This document shows positions 13,611 through 25,741 of a stretch of 64,000 nt of DNA, one piece after another. The first letter of the stretch is position 1; every line of letters begins with the position of its first letter. A program made the translations under genes and the position numbers. The stretch lies in NCBI GenBank assembly GCA_012295275.1, contig CM022671.1, positions 21,576,001-21,640,000 on the forward strand. Reading direction: 5' to 3'. The stretch is from Chrysomallon squamiferum. Its lineage: Eukaryota > Animalia > Mollusca. The notes beneath the pieces are model-generated. The model was not told the origin of the DNA, did no database searches, and saw only the letters and a list, made by a program, of their open reading frames with translations.

Positions 13611-16600
13611 CTAGTAATGGTAATCATGTAACTGAGTACCCACAAACTGATGATGATGATGATGTAATTGTGTCTGGTGAGGAAAGAGAGGAGACTGCTA
13701 ATTTCCCACGAGCACAGTGGTCGTGTATCTGGCAGATTATAGCTCTTGTAACACATTGATTTCGTTATCCGCATGGAGTTTGTTTTTATTCAATGAATAA
13801 CTGTGATTGTAATTCAATATCGGTGACTGGCCTATCTCAGTTGACGCGAAATCAATACCCAGTTCTCTCCCAACGCGACCTTTGACATTTTTATCAGGAG
13901 GTCAGTGGTTTCAAAATTGAGATCACCGATCATGTGACTGTTTACAGGTCGCACACGCGACAATCGAAAAAGTTTGAGAGGTTTGCTATGGATTTTCATG
14001 TCACATGACAATCTCGTTAGGCTGCAGTGCTTACACAGATGTACTCAGTATCTTGATCTGAATGTTAGTTACAATTTTTCAAACTCCTTTTACGTTCCAA
14101 TAAGATCAAAATTGAGAGCTGGCCCGTGGCAGCTTGGTTTGGCTTGAACTTCACTGAATAAAAAGACTGCATGTGTTTTTTTATTTTGTGAATTGATTTG
14201 GCAGCATGAAAAGAAAGTCCTTCAATTACATTTAGATTTTAAATTGAGTAGCTGGCTGTTATATGCTGAAGTTTATTGTAATACAGCCCAAAGGAAGTTT
14301 TTTTTATTTGTTTTAATTTTTTTTTTTTTTTGGCAATGTGTCAGCTAATTTAATACAATGTAATATAGAAAAGAAATGAAATACATGTAAAACAGATTAA
14401 TTTGTAGAAAACAGATATAATTTGCAATGTAAAATTTAAATTTAGTGGTCATACAGAACAGAAATATAATGCTGTAAAACAAAGTTTAATATACAGAGAC
14501 TATAAATGTATTACTAATGTAAAACTGAAATATAGCTTCATATAGAAATAAAAATATAGTGCATTCTGTTCTCTAACAGAATTGCTTTACAGTGTAAAAT
14601 TGAAATTTCGTGTCATAGAGAACTGAAATATGATATATTGTAAAACAAAGTTTTAATCAGTAGAGAATATAAATATATAAATGTAAAACTAAAATATTGA
14701 GTCATGTATAAATAAAATACTATTAAAATATCCCACTTATTAGATAACAAGTATTTTATTTGATAGCCTACTCCCAGGTTGAAGTGGCATGTATTAGTTT
14801 TTTTATTACTTGCAATTATAATAGTAATAGAAATAAATTTAAAAAATTAATTTAATTAGTTATTAATTAATGACATAATAAAACCTATTATATATAGATC
14901 ACACACAGTACTTTCACATGTGTAGGAAAACTAATTTATTTATCCAACAGAAATTTTAAATTGATGGATGTAAATTTATAAACAAATATTTTTTTTTAAA
15001 CCATAACTTAAAGACCTCCTAGTAGCAAATATTTTATTTCCTAATTCAGGTTTGCAGCTGAAGAAAATAAAGCGTAAAAAAAAAAAAGTGTTTTCTTTCT
15101 AATATTTCCCACCTGATTGTTTATTTGAGGGCATGTTGCTTTTTTATGTCTTACTTATATCATGCATGTATCAGAATAGCTGGGCTTCTGATAAAAATAT
15201 CTGTAATACCACACATGGTTTATCAGGTATTAAGGCTCTGCATGTCATGTTGATAACAGTATCATGTATCGTAAACATATGTCCGGCATGCCTACTGAAT
15301 CTGATAAAAGAAAAAAGCTTCTAAGAACACCCGACTTCTGTGATGTTCTTAACTTACTCTCAGATTATCTGTTGAAGGAAATTTAATAACTAAAGTGGGC
15401 TGAGCTTGAAATGTTCACAGAACAGTATTTTATTTTCTGTGTTACAGTTTTAGAGATATTCCCAACATAATTAACTATTTTTTTTTTTTTTTTTTTTTTT
15501 GAGTTTTTTTGGTATTTTTGATTTGATTAATTATTTTTATCTATGTGGGTGTTTGTTGTTATTGTAATAATTAATTCTGAATAATAATGGTTTTTTTTTT
15601 TTTTTTTTTTTTGTGCTATTTTTTGCTATAATTAGCTTTATCTGTATAGGTTTTTTGATGTTTTTGATCTTGATAATGTGTGTTTGTTTATGTGTTTGTG
15701 TGTGTACATGTACATAGATATGAGTATTTGATACAATTATTTTTCTAATTGCACTTTTGACTAAATGTCTTTGTTTTTCTTGTTTTGTTTTTGTTTTATA
15801 GTTACAGTCAAATATTAATATAAGTATTTCATTGATTGCTGTCTCCTTCTGTTATATGTCATCATAAATATAAAATTATTTTATAATTTATTTAGCTTCT
15901 AATCTTGCTGCAAAACTACCTAGACTATAAAATTGTTTGCTATATAATAAATATTAATACTGAAAATAGAGCTGAAATATCATTAAAAAGTTATCATTAT
16001 TAGCAGCTGTATTAAAATGCCATGTTTGACTTCAAATTAACATTGATATTGCCATTAATTTCATTTCTGTCTTCTTGCAAAACTTCACCAAGATTACACA
16101 CAAATCCATCTTAATATTTTCTACAGTGATATTTTCTTTATAGTTATAATTAAACAGATTTTATCTTAAAAAACATATCCACCCAAGCAACATCACATCC
16201 CTTTTTGTGAATTATGCATCTCTCATGTAAAGATCATTTTCTTTCCTTTCAAAATCTTTTTCCTTGTTTTTTTTTAATCTTTTTTTTTTTATCAGCATTG
16301 TGTTCTAAGATCCAATTTAGATATCTGAGAATAAATCCAGAGCAGAATGACTTTACAACTTGTTTAGTACAAGAAAATGCATTTTGATTCAAAATGAATG
16401 AGCGACACTAATCAAAATAAATGTGATGATGTTTCTAAAGGTGAAGATTTAAAACGGCAAGTTTAGACCAATAAATGTTTTAACAGAATCTAAATGTGTA
16501 AAAAAAAAAAAAAAAAACCCACCAAAAATAATAAATTAAAATAAAATGTAATTGTATTATGTTTCTTCTTTTGTTGCTGTTTGTTTCTGTTTGTTTTGAT

Positions 16601-16889
16601 TTAAAGATTTGTTTAGTGCTGTTTATGCAGATTACCATAACCAGCATCTTCTCCAGGGTTATTGAACTCCCCTTAGTATGTGTTGTGTCTCGCCAAGCAT
16701 ACCACACTGCCATATCTGAGAGATAATAAAAACGTAGAACACTTCACGAATTTTCATGTCATCCATACTGTTGTTAATTTAAAATGGAAGTTTTTTTTTA
16801 GATCACAAACCTGAACAGCTAACAAAAATGATTGTGTAGTTGAGTCATGGAACTAGTAGAATACTTGTTGAAATTTAATATTATTATTA

Positions 16890-17090
16890 GCAATAGTTGG
16901 ACCAGTTGTAATAGTGGTGGTAATAATATTGGTGGTGGTGGTGGTGGTAGTAGTAGTAGTTGTTGTTGTTGCAGCAATAGTAGCTGTAGTAGTAGCATAA
17001 AACTAGTAGTGGTTGTAGCAGTAACAGCAGTAGTAGTTAAAGTATTAATTATAGTAATAACCATACAAAATAACAGTAGTAGTAATAGAG
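16890..17090. repeat. Compound GGT/AGT/TGT trinucleotide repeats
   Basis: Directly visible. Confidence 0.8.
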
Positions 17091-17940
17091 ATAATACATG
17101 TGTGCATAGTGTTTTTATCCAAATGCAGTATCCAAAAATTATAAATCAGTGTTAGATCTTAGCTTTTCATCATATTAAGTCTTTCATTCATTCATACATT
17201 CATTCATATATTTTATTAATAGTTCCAAAATTCAACAAAAAATACTTTAGAAAAAAAGAAAAGAAGATAAAATACAGAGAAATAATATAAACAACTTAAT
17301 AATGTTTATAAACACAAAACAGTTATCATATTTAAATAATGTTTTAAAGATAGATTAACTCAATCTTTTTGGATTTTTTTTTTTGGGGGGGGCTGTTTAT
17401 TAATAAGACACTATTATCATATCTGAACAATCACATTGTCTTTATATGCAAAAAGACATCCAATTTATTCTGCGACAACGTGTTTTATTTGGAGCACTGC
17501 CTGTAATAAACAGTGTTCGGTATTGGTCTGGTCATGGTTATATCCTGTGATGAATTGTGTTGACTGCCTGCCAGAAGAATTGATCGACTGGCTCTGTACA
17601 TCATGTAAAAAAAAAAAAAAAAGACAAGTAAAGAAAAAGAGAGAACCGGTCTTGTAGACTGGTGCCAAATTGAAGGACTCTTTAATGGTTCTTTGATAAT
17701 TTCTGTTAAACGCCAATGGTGTTGCAAGAATACAGAATATTGTGTTTTATCTGGCTGTGTACATAAAATCTGTTATGCAACTGGTTTTAAAACTGTCAGT
17801 TTGATAAATTGGTTTGTGTCTGTTAGAAGAAGAATGCCAGTCTTGTTAAATTGAAGGAAACAGTTAAGATGGCTGTAGTTTGTGTTAAATGATTATACTG
17901 GATGAGCTTGGGGCTTTTATTGGTTTTTTTTTTTTTTCTT

Positions 17941-17977
<37 letters not shown>

Positions 17978-18749
17978 ACAGTCAGGATAATGAAAGATCC
18001 TATGAGTTTAGTACATGTGGCATTTTTCTTTTTTTTCTTTTTAATTTTGTGAAAAAAGTTGTGATAGTCAAAAAAAATATAATAGTTCAATGTCTACTTA
18101 TTTATGTATCTGTCTGTTCATTTGTCTTTCCAGCTGTCACTTATTTACTTAACTACCTACAAACATATTTATCTGCTGCCCTCCCTATCTATATGTGTCT
18201 ATCTGTCTGTCTATTTGTCTACCACTTTCTATCTAAAACAGAAAAAACACAAAAAAACATTCACATGTAAAAAAAAAACGTACATCACCACCACCACATG
18301 GATTATTATTATTATCTCCCAGGAATAAAAATAAATAAGTTCCAATCTGTGTTGTAAAAGACCAAATTAATTAAGCACATGGCCAAACAAACAGTGTGAG
18401 TGCTTGGTGTAAGCAGGTTAATTGTGTTGATGATTTCGGGTTAGCCTACACTTCCTAGGTTTAACCTGCAAAGTTTAATGATGCTGTTTGAGGTATTTTA
18501 TCTCTGTTTGGTTTTCTCCTTCTCTGAACTGCTAAACGGATTGTTATGATATCCGATACACACTTTCTTCACCAACCCTTAAAGAATATTTATTTTTAGT
18601 GTGGCTTTAAGATCTATTGCTGGCTACCATTAATATTTATCTTTTGTGAAGAAGAGACATTTTGTGGGAAATACTTGAACTGTTGGGAATTTCTGTGTGT
18701 TTGTGTGTGCATGTTTGCCATTACTAGCCATTACAACCATTGTCCCTGG

Positions 18750-19130
18750 TTGTTATTATTGTTATTTTTTAGGTATTGTTGTTGTTGTTGTTGTTGCTAT
18801 TATTATTATTCTTATTACCACCAGTACTACTACTACTACTACTACTGTTGCTACTACTACTATACAGCAACAACTATTAGAATAACTACTACTACTATGA
18901 TTATTATTATTATTACTACTACTATTATTATTATTACCACCACTGCTGCTATTACTACTGTTGCTACTACTGCTGCAACAACAACTACTGCTACTACTAT
19001 TATTTTTATTATTACCACCACCACTACTACTACTGTTACTACTACTGCTACCCATTTTATTATTATTATTATTACTACTACTATATTATTATTATGATTA
19101 TTATTGTAATTATTATTACTATTATTATTG
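18750..19130. repeat. Compound TGT/TAT/TAC trinucleotide repeats
   Basis: Directly visible; these explain the spurious ORFs at 18675-19097. Confidence 0.9.
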
Positions 19131-19445
19131 AAAAATCAGCTATCTCACACATGTCTCACATACAACAAGATACAATACTATGGGTGACTAACACTGTATG
19201 AGTCAGTGATCACTGTTGGTTTTGTGATTGTGTTTTGTGAGAAATGCCTGAGTGTTGTCGTCATCTAACCTGATGTTGTAAAACACACAGACAAACAAAC
19301 ATCTGCCACATCATTTCTAATGCAGATTGCTCTCTTAGGACCAGCATTTTGACAAATAAATAAAAAAAAAATCTTTAAAAAAAAAAAAAAAAATTATTTT
19401 GTTTTTCTTCTGTTAAATATAGTTTTAAGTGTATAACATATGCAG

Positions 19446-19870
19446 TAATTGCCATTGATGTAAAGTGGTGATTGTCTTTAACGTAAAAGTAATGTGGTGA
19501 TTGATAGTCTTTGATGTAAAGGTAAAGTGGTGATTGTCTTTGATGTAAAGGTCAAATGGTAATCGTCATTGATGTAAAGTGGTTATTGTCTTTGATGTAA
19601 AAGTAATGTGGTGATAGTCTTTGATGTAAAGGTCAAATGGTTGTTGATGTAAAATGGTAACTGTCACTGATGTAATAAAGTGGTGATTGTCTTTGAAGTA
19701 AAGGTGAAGTGGTAATTGTCTTTGATGTAAAGGTCAAATGGTAACTGTTGTTGATGTAAAGTGGTCATTGTCTTTGATGTAAAGGTAAAATGGTAACTGT
19801 CACTGATGTAATAAAGTGGTGATTGTCTTTGAAGTAAAGGTGAAGTGGTAATTGTCTTTGATGTAAAGTT
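19446..19870. repeat. Minisatellite with 23-30 bp variants of tgatgtaaag(gtaaag)tggtgattgtctt
   Basis: Roughly 15 units with higher-order duplication (for example, 19652-19730 recurs at 19788-19868). Confidence 0.9.
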
Positions 19871-22800
19871 GTAATTAAATTTTGTTCAGTATTGCATTGT
19901 GCATCACCATGGAAATTTCAGAGATCACACTGCTGAAATGTAACACAATTTGCCATCCATATTGTTTTAGATTAGTTTTAAATTTTGAGACCTTTTGCAA
20001 ATCAGAATTTTGAAAAGAAGGTGTTATCGGAGAAGCATTGGGTCAGTTAATTCACCAGGACAAAGGTTTGAGTAGCTTATTTATTTCTTTATTTTGAAAA
20101 AATCAACACATCTTCATAAACAGCAGTTTATTGAATGGTCAAGGTTGTTACATGATAAATACAAGTTTAATTATAAATTTATTAAAATTTTTATAGAACA
20201 GGAACAATATTTAATCATCAGAATAATTTCATCAACAAACATAATTCTGATGTGTGAATTAAATACATAAATTTTTATTTTTTTATTTCTCCACACATTT
20301 CAGCAATTTTACAAATTATTTTTATACATACATGAAATATTATGTAATAGCAACAAAAATGTTTAAAAATGTAGAGTAAAACACAAAACATTGCACCCAG
20401 CCAAAATATATTTGTCAAACAAATAACCATAAAAAATAAAAATATATTTAAAAATAAATTTTTTTTTAATAATAATAATAATAATAATAATAAAATAATA
20501 ATAATAATATGAAATACAATCAAACCAAATTAAACAGGACCAAAAATCAATCAATCTTCATATGCTGACACAGAAAAAAGTAAATAAAAAAAAAAAAAAA
20601 AAAAAGATAATATGGTAAAATTGAAACATAATTGTTTTGAGGGGTCAGTGGAGAGAAAATACCTAATTCATTTTTTGAAATTTCAGTTTTATATTATCCT
20701 CAGTTTTCAATAATCATTTTAACAAGTACAAAAGATTTTTAGTTCTACAGACTAACACTTGGTTATTTAACTTATCAAAAAAGCTTTGAAAATATACCTC
20801 TTTTTTTTTCTTTCTTTTTTTATGTCAAAACCATTACCTTCATAATTGCAAACAGGTATGTTTAATTTATTTTATTGCAGATAGATTATGCACATTATTT
20901 ACAGTTTGTTCCCATGGACTTTGAATAAAGGATAATTTGCCAGAATTTTAATTAAACAAACCTCTTGCAACTTTATATAAAACAAAAACTGATAAAAAAA
21001 CAAAACAAATAAATAATTTTATTAGATGTCTTTTATCTACAACCAATTAAAAAAATAAAATAAAATAAAAAATAAATAAATAAATAAAAAAAAAAAAGAA
21101 AATAATTAATTAAGCCTATTTCTGCATTTAACCATTAATATCATGTATCTGAAAGCAGACATTACAATTTAGCATATTTCTTTAGCAAAATAGGTCAATA
21201 AATGTACTGACAAATAAATAAATAAAGAAAAACAAACAGATAAATAAATAAAATTAATTAATTAATTAATAGGTAAAAGCAGAAGCAAATCAAAACTGAA
21301 AAGAAAAACAATATTTGAATTATGTCCCTTTTTTTAATGACGTCACAGTTCATCAGTCAAACATGACAACTGTTTACATAATCATAATGATAACAAACAA
21401 ACATGCTAACTAGTTTACGTGTTGTAAATGGTTTGTTTTTTGTTAAATCATTCAGAGCACAATTTGTATATACATATAATCAAATAATCCAAGAGTAATT
21501 CAGAAATTGAAAAAACATTTCAAAGTCAAAATATGTGCTCTGAATGATTATAACATAAATTCTGGATTGTAATGAAAATGAACACAATGATAATAATAAT
21601 AATAAAGTGATTGACACTTTATGTTTACACTAATAAAAGTTGGAACAAGTCAAATAGATAAATCCAAAACTGTACAGTTAAGTTTAAAATTTGTGTATTA
21701 TTTGTTGATGAACAATTTATGCCTTACTTATATATTAATAAAACTACTAAACATTCTTTTCTTCTTTTTTTTTTTTTCCCCAGCCCAGTCAGAAAGTTCC
21801 ATAATGGGAAAATTGAAAATAAGATTCTTGAAGAAAAAAAAGTTTTATATAGTTCCAAAATAATGGTGTAATGTTTCTTAATGCATGTGGATCTGTCTCA
21901 GATTTAAACATACAAATGGTATTTAAAGAATAATACAAATATATAAATGATATACAACCCAGTGAAAATAAGTGTGACGTAACACAGGGTAATAACACTG
22001 ATAGTGACATTATGCAATCAAACCAATTTCTTTCTTTATTTTTTTTTCTCACTTTAAAAACAAAAATGAACAGCATTGGCTACAAGTAAGCATTCAAAAC
22101 CAATTTTCATATACACCAGAATATGACATTTAAAAAATAGAAAAACTTGAAGAAACAAAACAGGAAAAAAAAAATATTCATCACATTTGAATATGTTGAC
22201 TCCATTTTTCATATTCCTCAGATTTGGGAGAGTTTTTTTTTTTTTTTTTCTTCATTAATTTTGTTCACATCCACATGAATTACTTCAATTTCTTCATATT
22301 GCATATATCTTTATGTATATTTATAAGCAGTCATATATCTTTATTATTGTGCGTATTTTTTTTTTTATTAAAAAAAAAGAAGACAAAAACAAAAAACTCT
22401 TCACATCATGAATTCTGGTTTTCATTTCTTTGGAATTTATGAATGGTTCTGTCACTATCTGTAATTTTAACATATTGCTTTTGGCAGTTGTTACTCTTTC
22501 AAATTTTTTTTTTTTTATATATATATTTTTAAAGCATTTGTTTTTATATTGCACCACTGCACTGGAATAATACATTATTTTGATGGTCAGGTTTTCACAA
22601 AGTCATCCCATGTAAATCATACAATGATTATGTGTGAATCAGGATTTAAGTGAGTAATTAAAATATTTATTTTTATACTGCTGACTGTGTCCATTATGCA
22701 AGATGGTTCAATTTATTTTCAATTTAAAACATATATTTATCACACTTTCATTTAACAAAAGAAAAATATATTTTAAGATTTTCTTTTCAGTATTAAAAAT

Positions 22801-22899
22801 AATACTAGCATTGTTTTTTCAATAAATAAATAAAAAAATAAAAAATGTAATGTATAATGTAAAAATTTCTCTATAAATGTATAAATTCAAATTTACAAA

Positions 22900-24185
22900 A
22901 TTCTGATTAACAGTCCTGTTAAGAACACAGAAATAGAACTCAAATAAATCCTGATGGACTATAAACAGGGTTTTTTTTTTCAGTTTATATCCTGGTGTTT
23001 TATAAACAGATTTTTTTTAATTTCATTTTATATTCCTTATGATTTATAAACTGACTTCTGCAATTCCCAGAAGACCAGTAACCTAATTCTCTTTATGTAT
23101 TCTGGTAGACCACAACATTTTTTTTTTCTGTTTCAGTCCTCAAAGAATTATCTTTATGTGTCTGTTAGGTACATTTCCCAATTTAAAAACAGGGTAGACT
23201 CCAAATAAATTTCTCAATTTACAACCTGGTCATTTACGTACATCTTTATATACCACAAGGATTTGTACAAATTTTTATACACCAAGTGAATTTATACAAA
23301 TCGATATAGACATTCAATTATTTTGTTGTTGTTACTGAATGACCTGATTCACCTCAAAATCTTTTTCTCATTTTAAAAAAAAAAAAAAAAAAAACCTTAT
23401 TAAATAACACATAAATAATATCCTGATTGATCACAGATAGATTTGTATTACTGCTTTACCACATGAATGATTTCTCACATCACAGTATAACTAGACAGGG
23501 AACTAATTTTGTGTGTGTAACCTGACAGACCACATGATTATGTCTTTTAGTCTTCAGATTTCTCAAGGTATATCCTGCCTGGCCTCATATAGAATCACAT
23601 CCAGAACCAAAAAATATATATGTGTGTGTGTGTGTGTGTATTTCTCAACATTTATCCTGAACAGTTACAAGGGATTTCTCATTGTGTATCCTGATAAACA
23701 AAACATTTTTGTTTCAGTGTTTATTCAGACTGGCATTTCATAGAGAATTCTCAAGGTGTATTCTTGTAACGAAATTTCAAACAAAACAAATATATTTTTT
23801 TCAATATTTAACCTGACAAGTCACCAGCAATTACACAAGATACAACTTGACTTTTCACAAAATGTCTCAGGCCACACATATATTTATATAAGGTATATCC
23901 TTGAAGAAGCCAAATTTCCCCCTAGATATTCTGGCATAATATATTTCATACTGCATATCCTGATAGACCATATATGTATTTCCATTTGTATATCTTTATA
24001 CACCAGAGATATAGTTCCAATTTATATATCTTTATAGACCACAGATATGCTTTCCAATTATATATCCTGATATAACACAGGTATATTTTCCATTTGCATA
24101 TCCTGATAGATCACAGACACACTTCCCATTTGTATATCCTTGTAGAAAACAAATTTCCAAGTAAAAATTCTGACAGACCATAAAC
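22900..24185. repeat. Old degenerate satellite (tatatcctgatagaccacagat...ttccattt)
   Basis: The core tatcctga-n-agaccaca recurs irregularly and is best preserved at 23940-24180. Confidence 0.65.
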
Positions 24186-24396
24186 ACACTTTGCCTTGAA
24201 AAATTACAAATACATTCCTCTTCACTCGCCAACTTCAATTAATTGACACTGTTTGGATTGTTCATTACAGAACTCGTTAACCCAAACATATTTTTTTATT
24301 GCTGTGAATTGATAAATCACATAAAAAAAAAAAAAAAAAATAGTTTTTAAAACCTAATAAATTTTTTTTTTTTTTGTATAAAAAAGGAATACCCAT

Positions 24397-25707
24397 TTAA
24401 CACTGGACTTCAAGTGGCAAACCTTTATCGTCTAAAATCTCGTCAGGATTATCTGTTCCCATTGACATGGCACCTGGACTTAAAGAAGGCTGGTGGCTAG
24501 ACGGACCTGCAGAAAGTGTAGGGTTGCCTAGGTAACTCTCCTCACCATGGTGACAGTGTCTGCAGGGACCGTACTGCATCCCCGGATCCATCGTCACTGT
24601 GGATGTCGGTGAAGAAGGCTGCCGATGTCGAGACATCAGGTACGCAATTGTGTCCCTGTTATATTTTTTATATCGATCACAGTAAACGGAGCTGGCCAGC
24701 AGATTGAGGTTTCTGTCAAATAAAATATACAACACGGGCTCTATGCTTCCCTGCGACCACGCAATAAAGCTGAATGCCTGGTAAACCTTTGGCGAAACTT
24801 TAAAATTAACATCTATGACAAGAAGCAGGAAGAGTGGGTACCAGCAGATTATAAACTCTATGACTGTCATCACAAAGATTTTCGCTCGATGCTTGGAATC
24901 TTCGATGAGAGCACGTATGCTGCTTGCCGACTGTTTTCTGTGGGGGTCGTCCATGATGGTTATGGAGGTGCGCACCAGCATGGAGACCCGGTTGGGCTGG
25001 TTCATTTGAATTTCTTTGTAAAACTTACACAGGAAATGTGAGGTACCTATGAATGTCAGTGTAATTATCATGATCCACATGATGTTGGCAATGTAGCCCA
25101 TGGCCTTGCCCAGCATGAAGGCACAGCTGCCAATTTCGGCATTGAACTCAAAGTAGCCACCAATGAGCGTTGGGCCGAGGTGAACGATGGTGCTGGTGAT
25201 GTAGACGGTTAGTATTCCAAAGAGAACACAACAGACACTTCCGCGGGAATTACCTCCAATATTTGTCTCTCCGAAGGTGTACGCTTCAGTGCATATCATC
25301 GCCATCAGGTTGAACGATGACGCCGTTATGATGATGATGTAGGTTGAACCTTGTAGAGTGCAGTTGCCGACGTTGGCCGAGTGGATCAGGTTGTAGCCGA
25401 ATGGAATGCAGTACATGGACTTGAGAAAGTTCAGGAAGCAGCAGTGGATGAGGAATGCACTGGTCATCTTTCGTAAAGTTCTCCGAATCAGAATGGTGAT
25501 GACCACGACCAAGTTGAGCACCATTCCCACCGTCCCTATGAAGTAGAGATAGTACGCCTCCTGGTGATGGGTTTCCTGTGATGACGCCATGCTGGGAGTT
25601 TTCGACAAATTGGATACAGCAGCGGGTTGGAGGGGTTTAATTGCATTCTTATCACTCGTTTCCACAACCACATTGAGAAGAGCGAGGGCAAGTGTATTCT
25701 GTGTCAT
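24397..25707 (-). CDS. Orphan class A (rhodopsin-like) 7TM GPCR, 436 aa, single coding exon; tentatively SREB (GPR27/85/173)-like
   Basis: Seven hydrophobic segments, N1.50 (GMVLN), C3.25 plus an ECL2 Cys (GSCAF), CWYP in TM6, EPVLY in TM7 and a helix 8 (DRNL). TM2 FLIHCCFLNFLKSMYCIPF, ECL2 and TM7 WSQGSIEP resemble SREB segments as I recall them; the family call is less certain than the GPCR call. An in-frame TGA lies just upstream of the ATG. Confidence 0.95.
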   Translation of the reverse strand: MTQNTLALALLNVVVETSDKNAIKPLQPAAVSNLSKTPSMASSQETHHQEAYYLYFIGTVGMVLNLVVVITILIRRTLRKMTSAFLIHCCFLNFLKSMYCIPFGYNLIHSANVGNCTLQGSTYIIIITASSFNLMAMICTEAYTFGETNIGGNSRGSVCCVLFGILTVYITSTIVHLGPTLIGGYFEFNAEIGSCAFMLGKAMGYIANIMWIMIITLTFIGTSHFLCKFYKEIQMNQPNRVSMLVRTSITIMDDPHRKQSASSIRALIEDSKHRAKIFVMTVIEFIICWYPLFLLLVIDVNFKVSPKVYQAFSFIAWSQGSIEPVLYILFDRNLNLLASSVYCDRYKKYNRDTIAYLMSRHRQPSSPTSTVTMDPGMQYGPCRHCHHGEESYLGNPTLSAGPSSHQPSLSPGAMSMGTDNPDEILDDKGLPLEVQC

Positions 25708-25741
25708 CGTACTGCAGAGTCTTCAAGATGTGTACAGCCAT
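25652..25741 (-). promoter_or_regulatory. Overlapping out-of-frame uORF (MAVHILKTLQYDDTEYTCPRSSQCGCGNE*)
   Basis: ATG at 25741 in acgATGg context, 34 nt upstream of the main ATG. It terminates at TGA 25654-25652, inside the GPCR N-terminal coding region. Confidence 0.55.

Noticed and set aside
16691-16712. Minus-strand TGGCAGTGTGGTATGCTTGGCG resembles miR-34 (first 12 nt identical as I recall the sequence)
   Set aside because: The 3' half diverges and there is no complementary star arm to form a pre-miRNA hairpin. As a target site it would be intronic.
18413-18469. 9-bp inverted repeat GCAGGTTAA/TTAACCTGC enclosing a TTCG loop
   Set aside because: The interior pairing is poor and such a match is expected by chance in 64 kb.
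24670-24678. DRY tripeptide in the GPCR (YCDRYKK)
   Set aside because: It lies after TM7/helix 8 rather than at the end of TM3, so it is coincidental.
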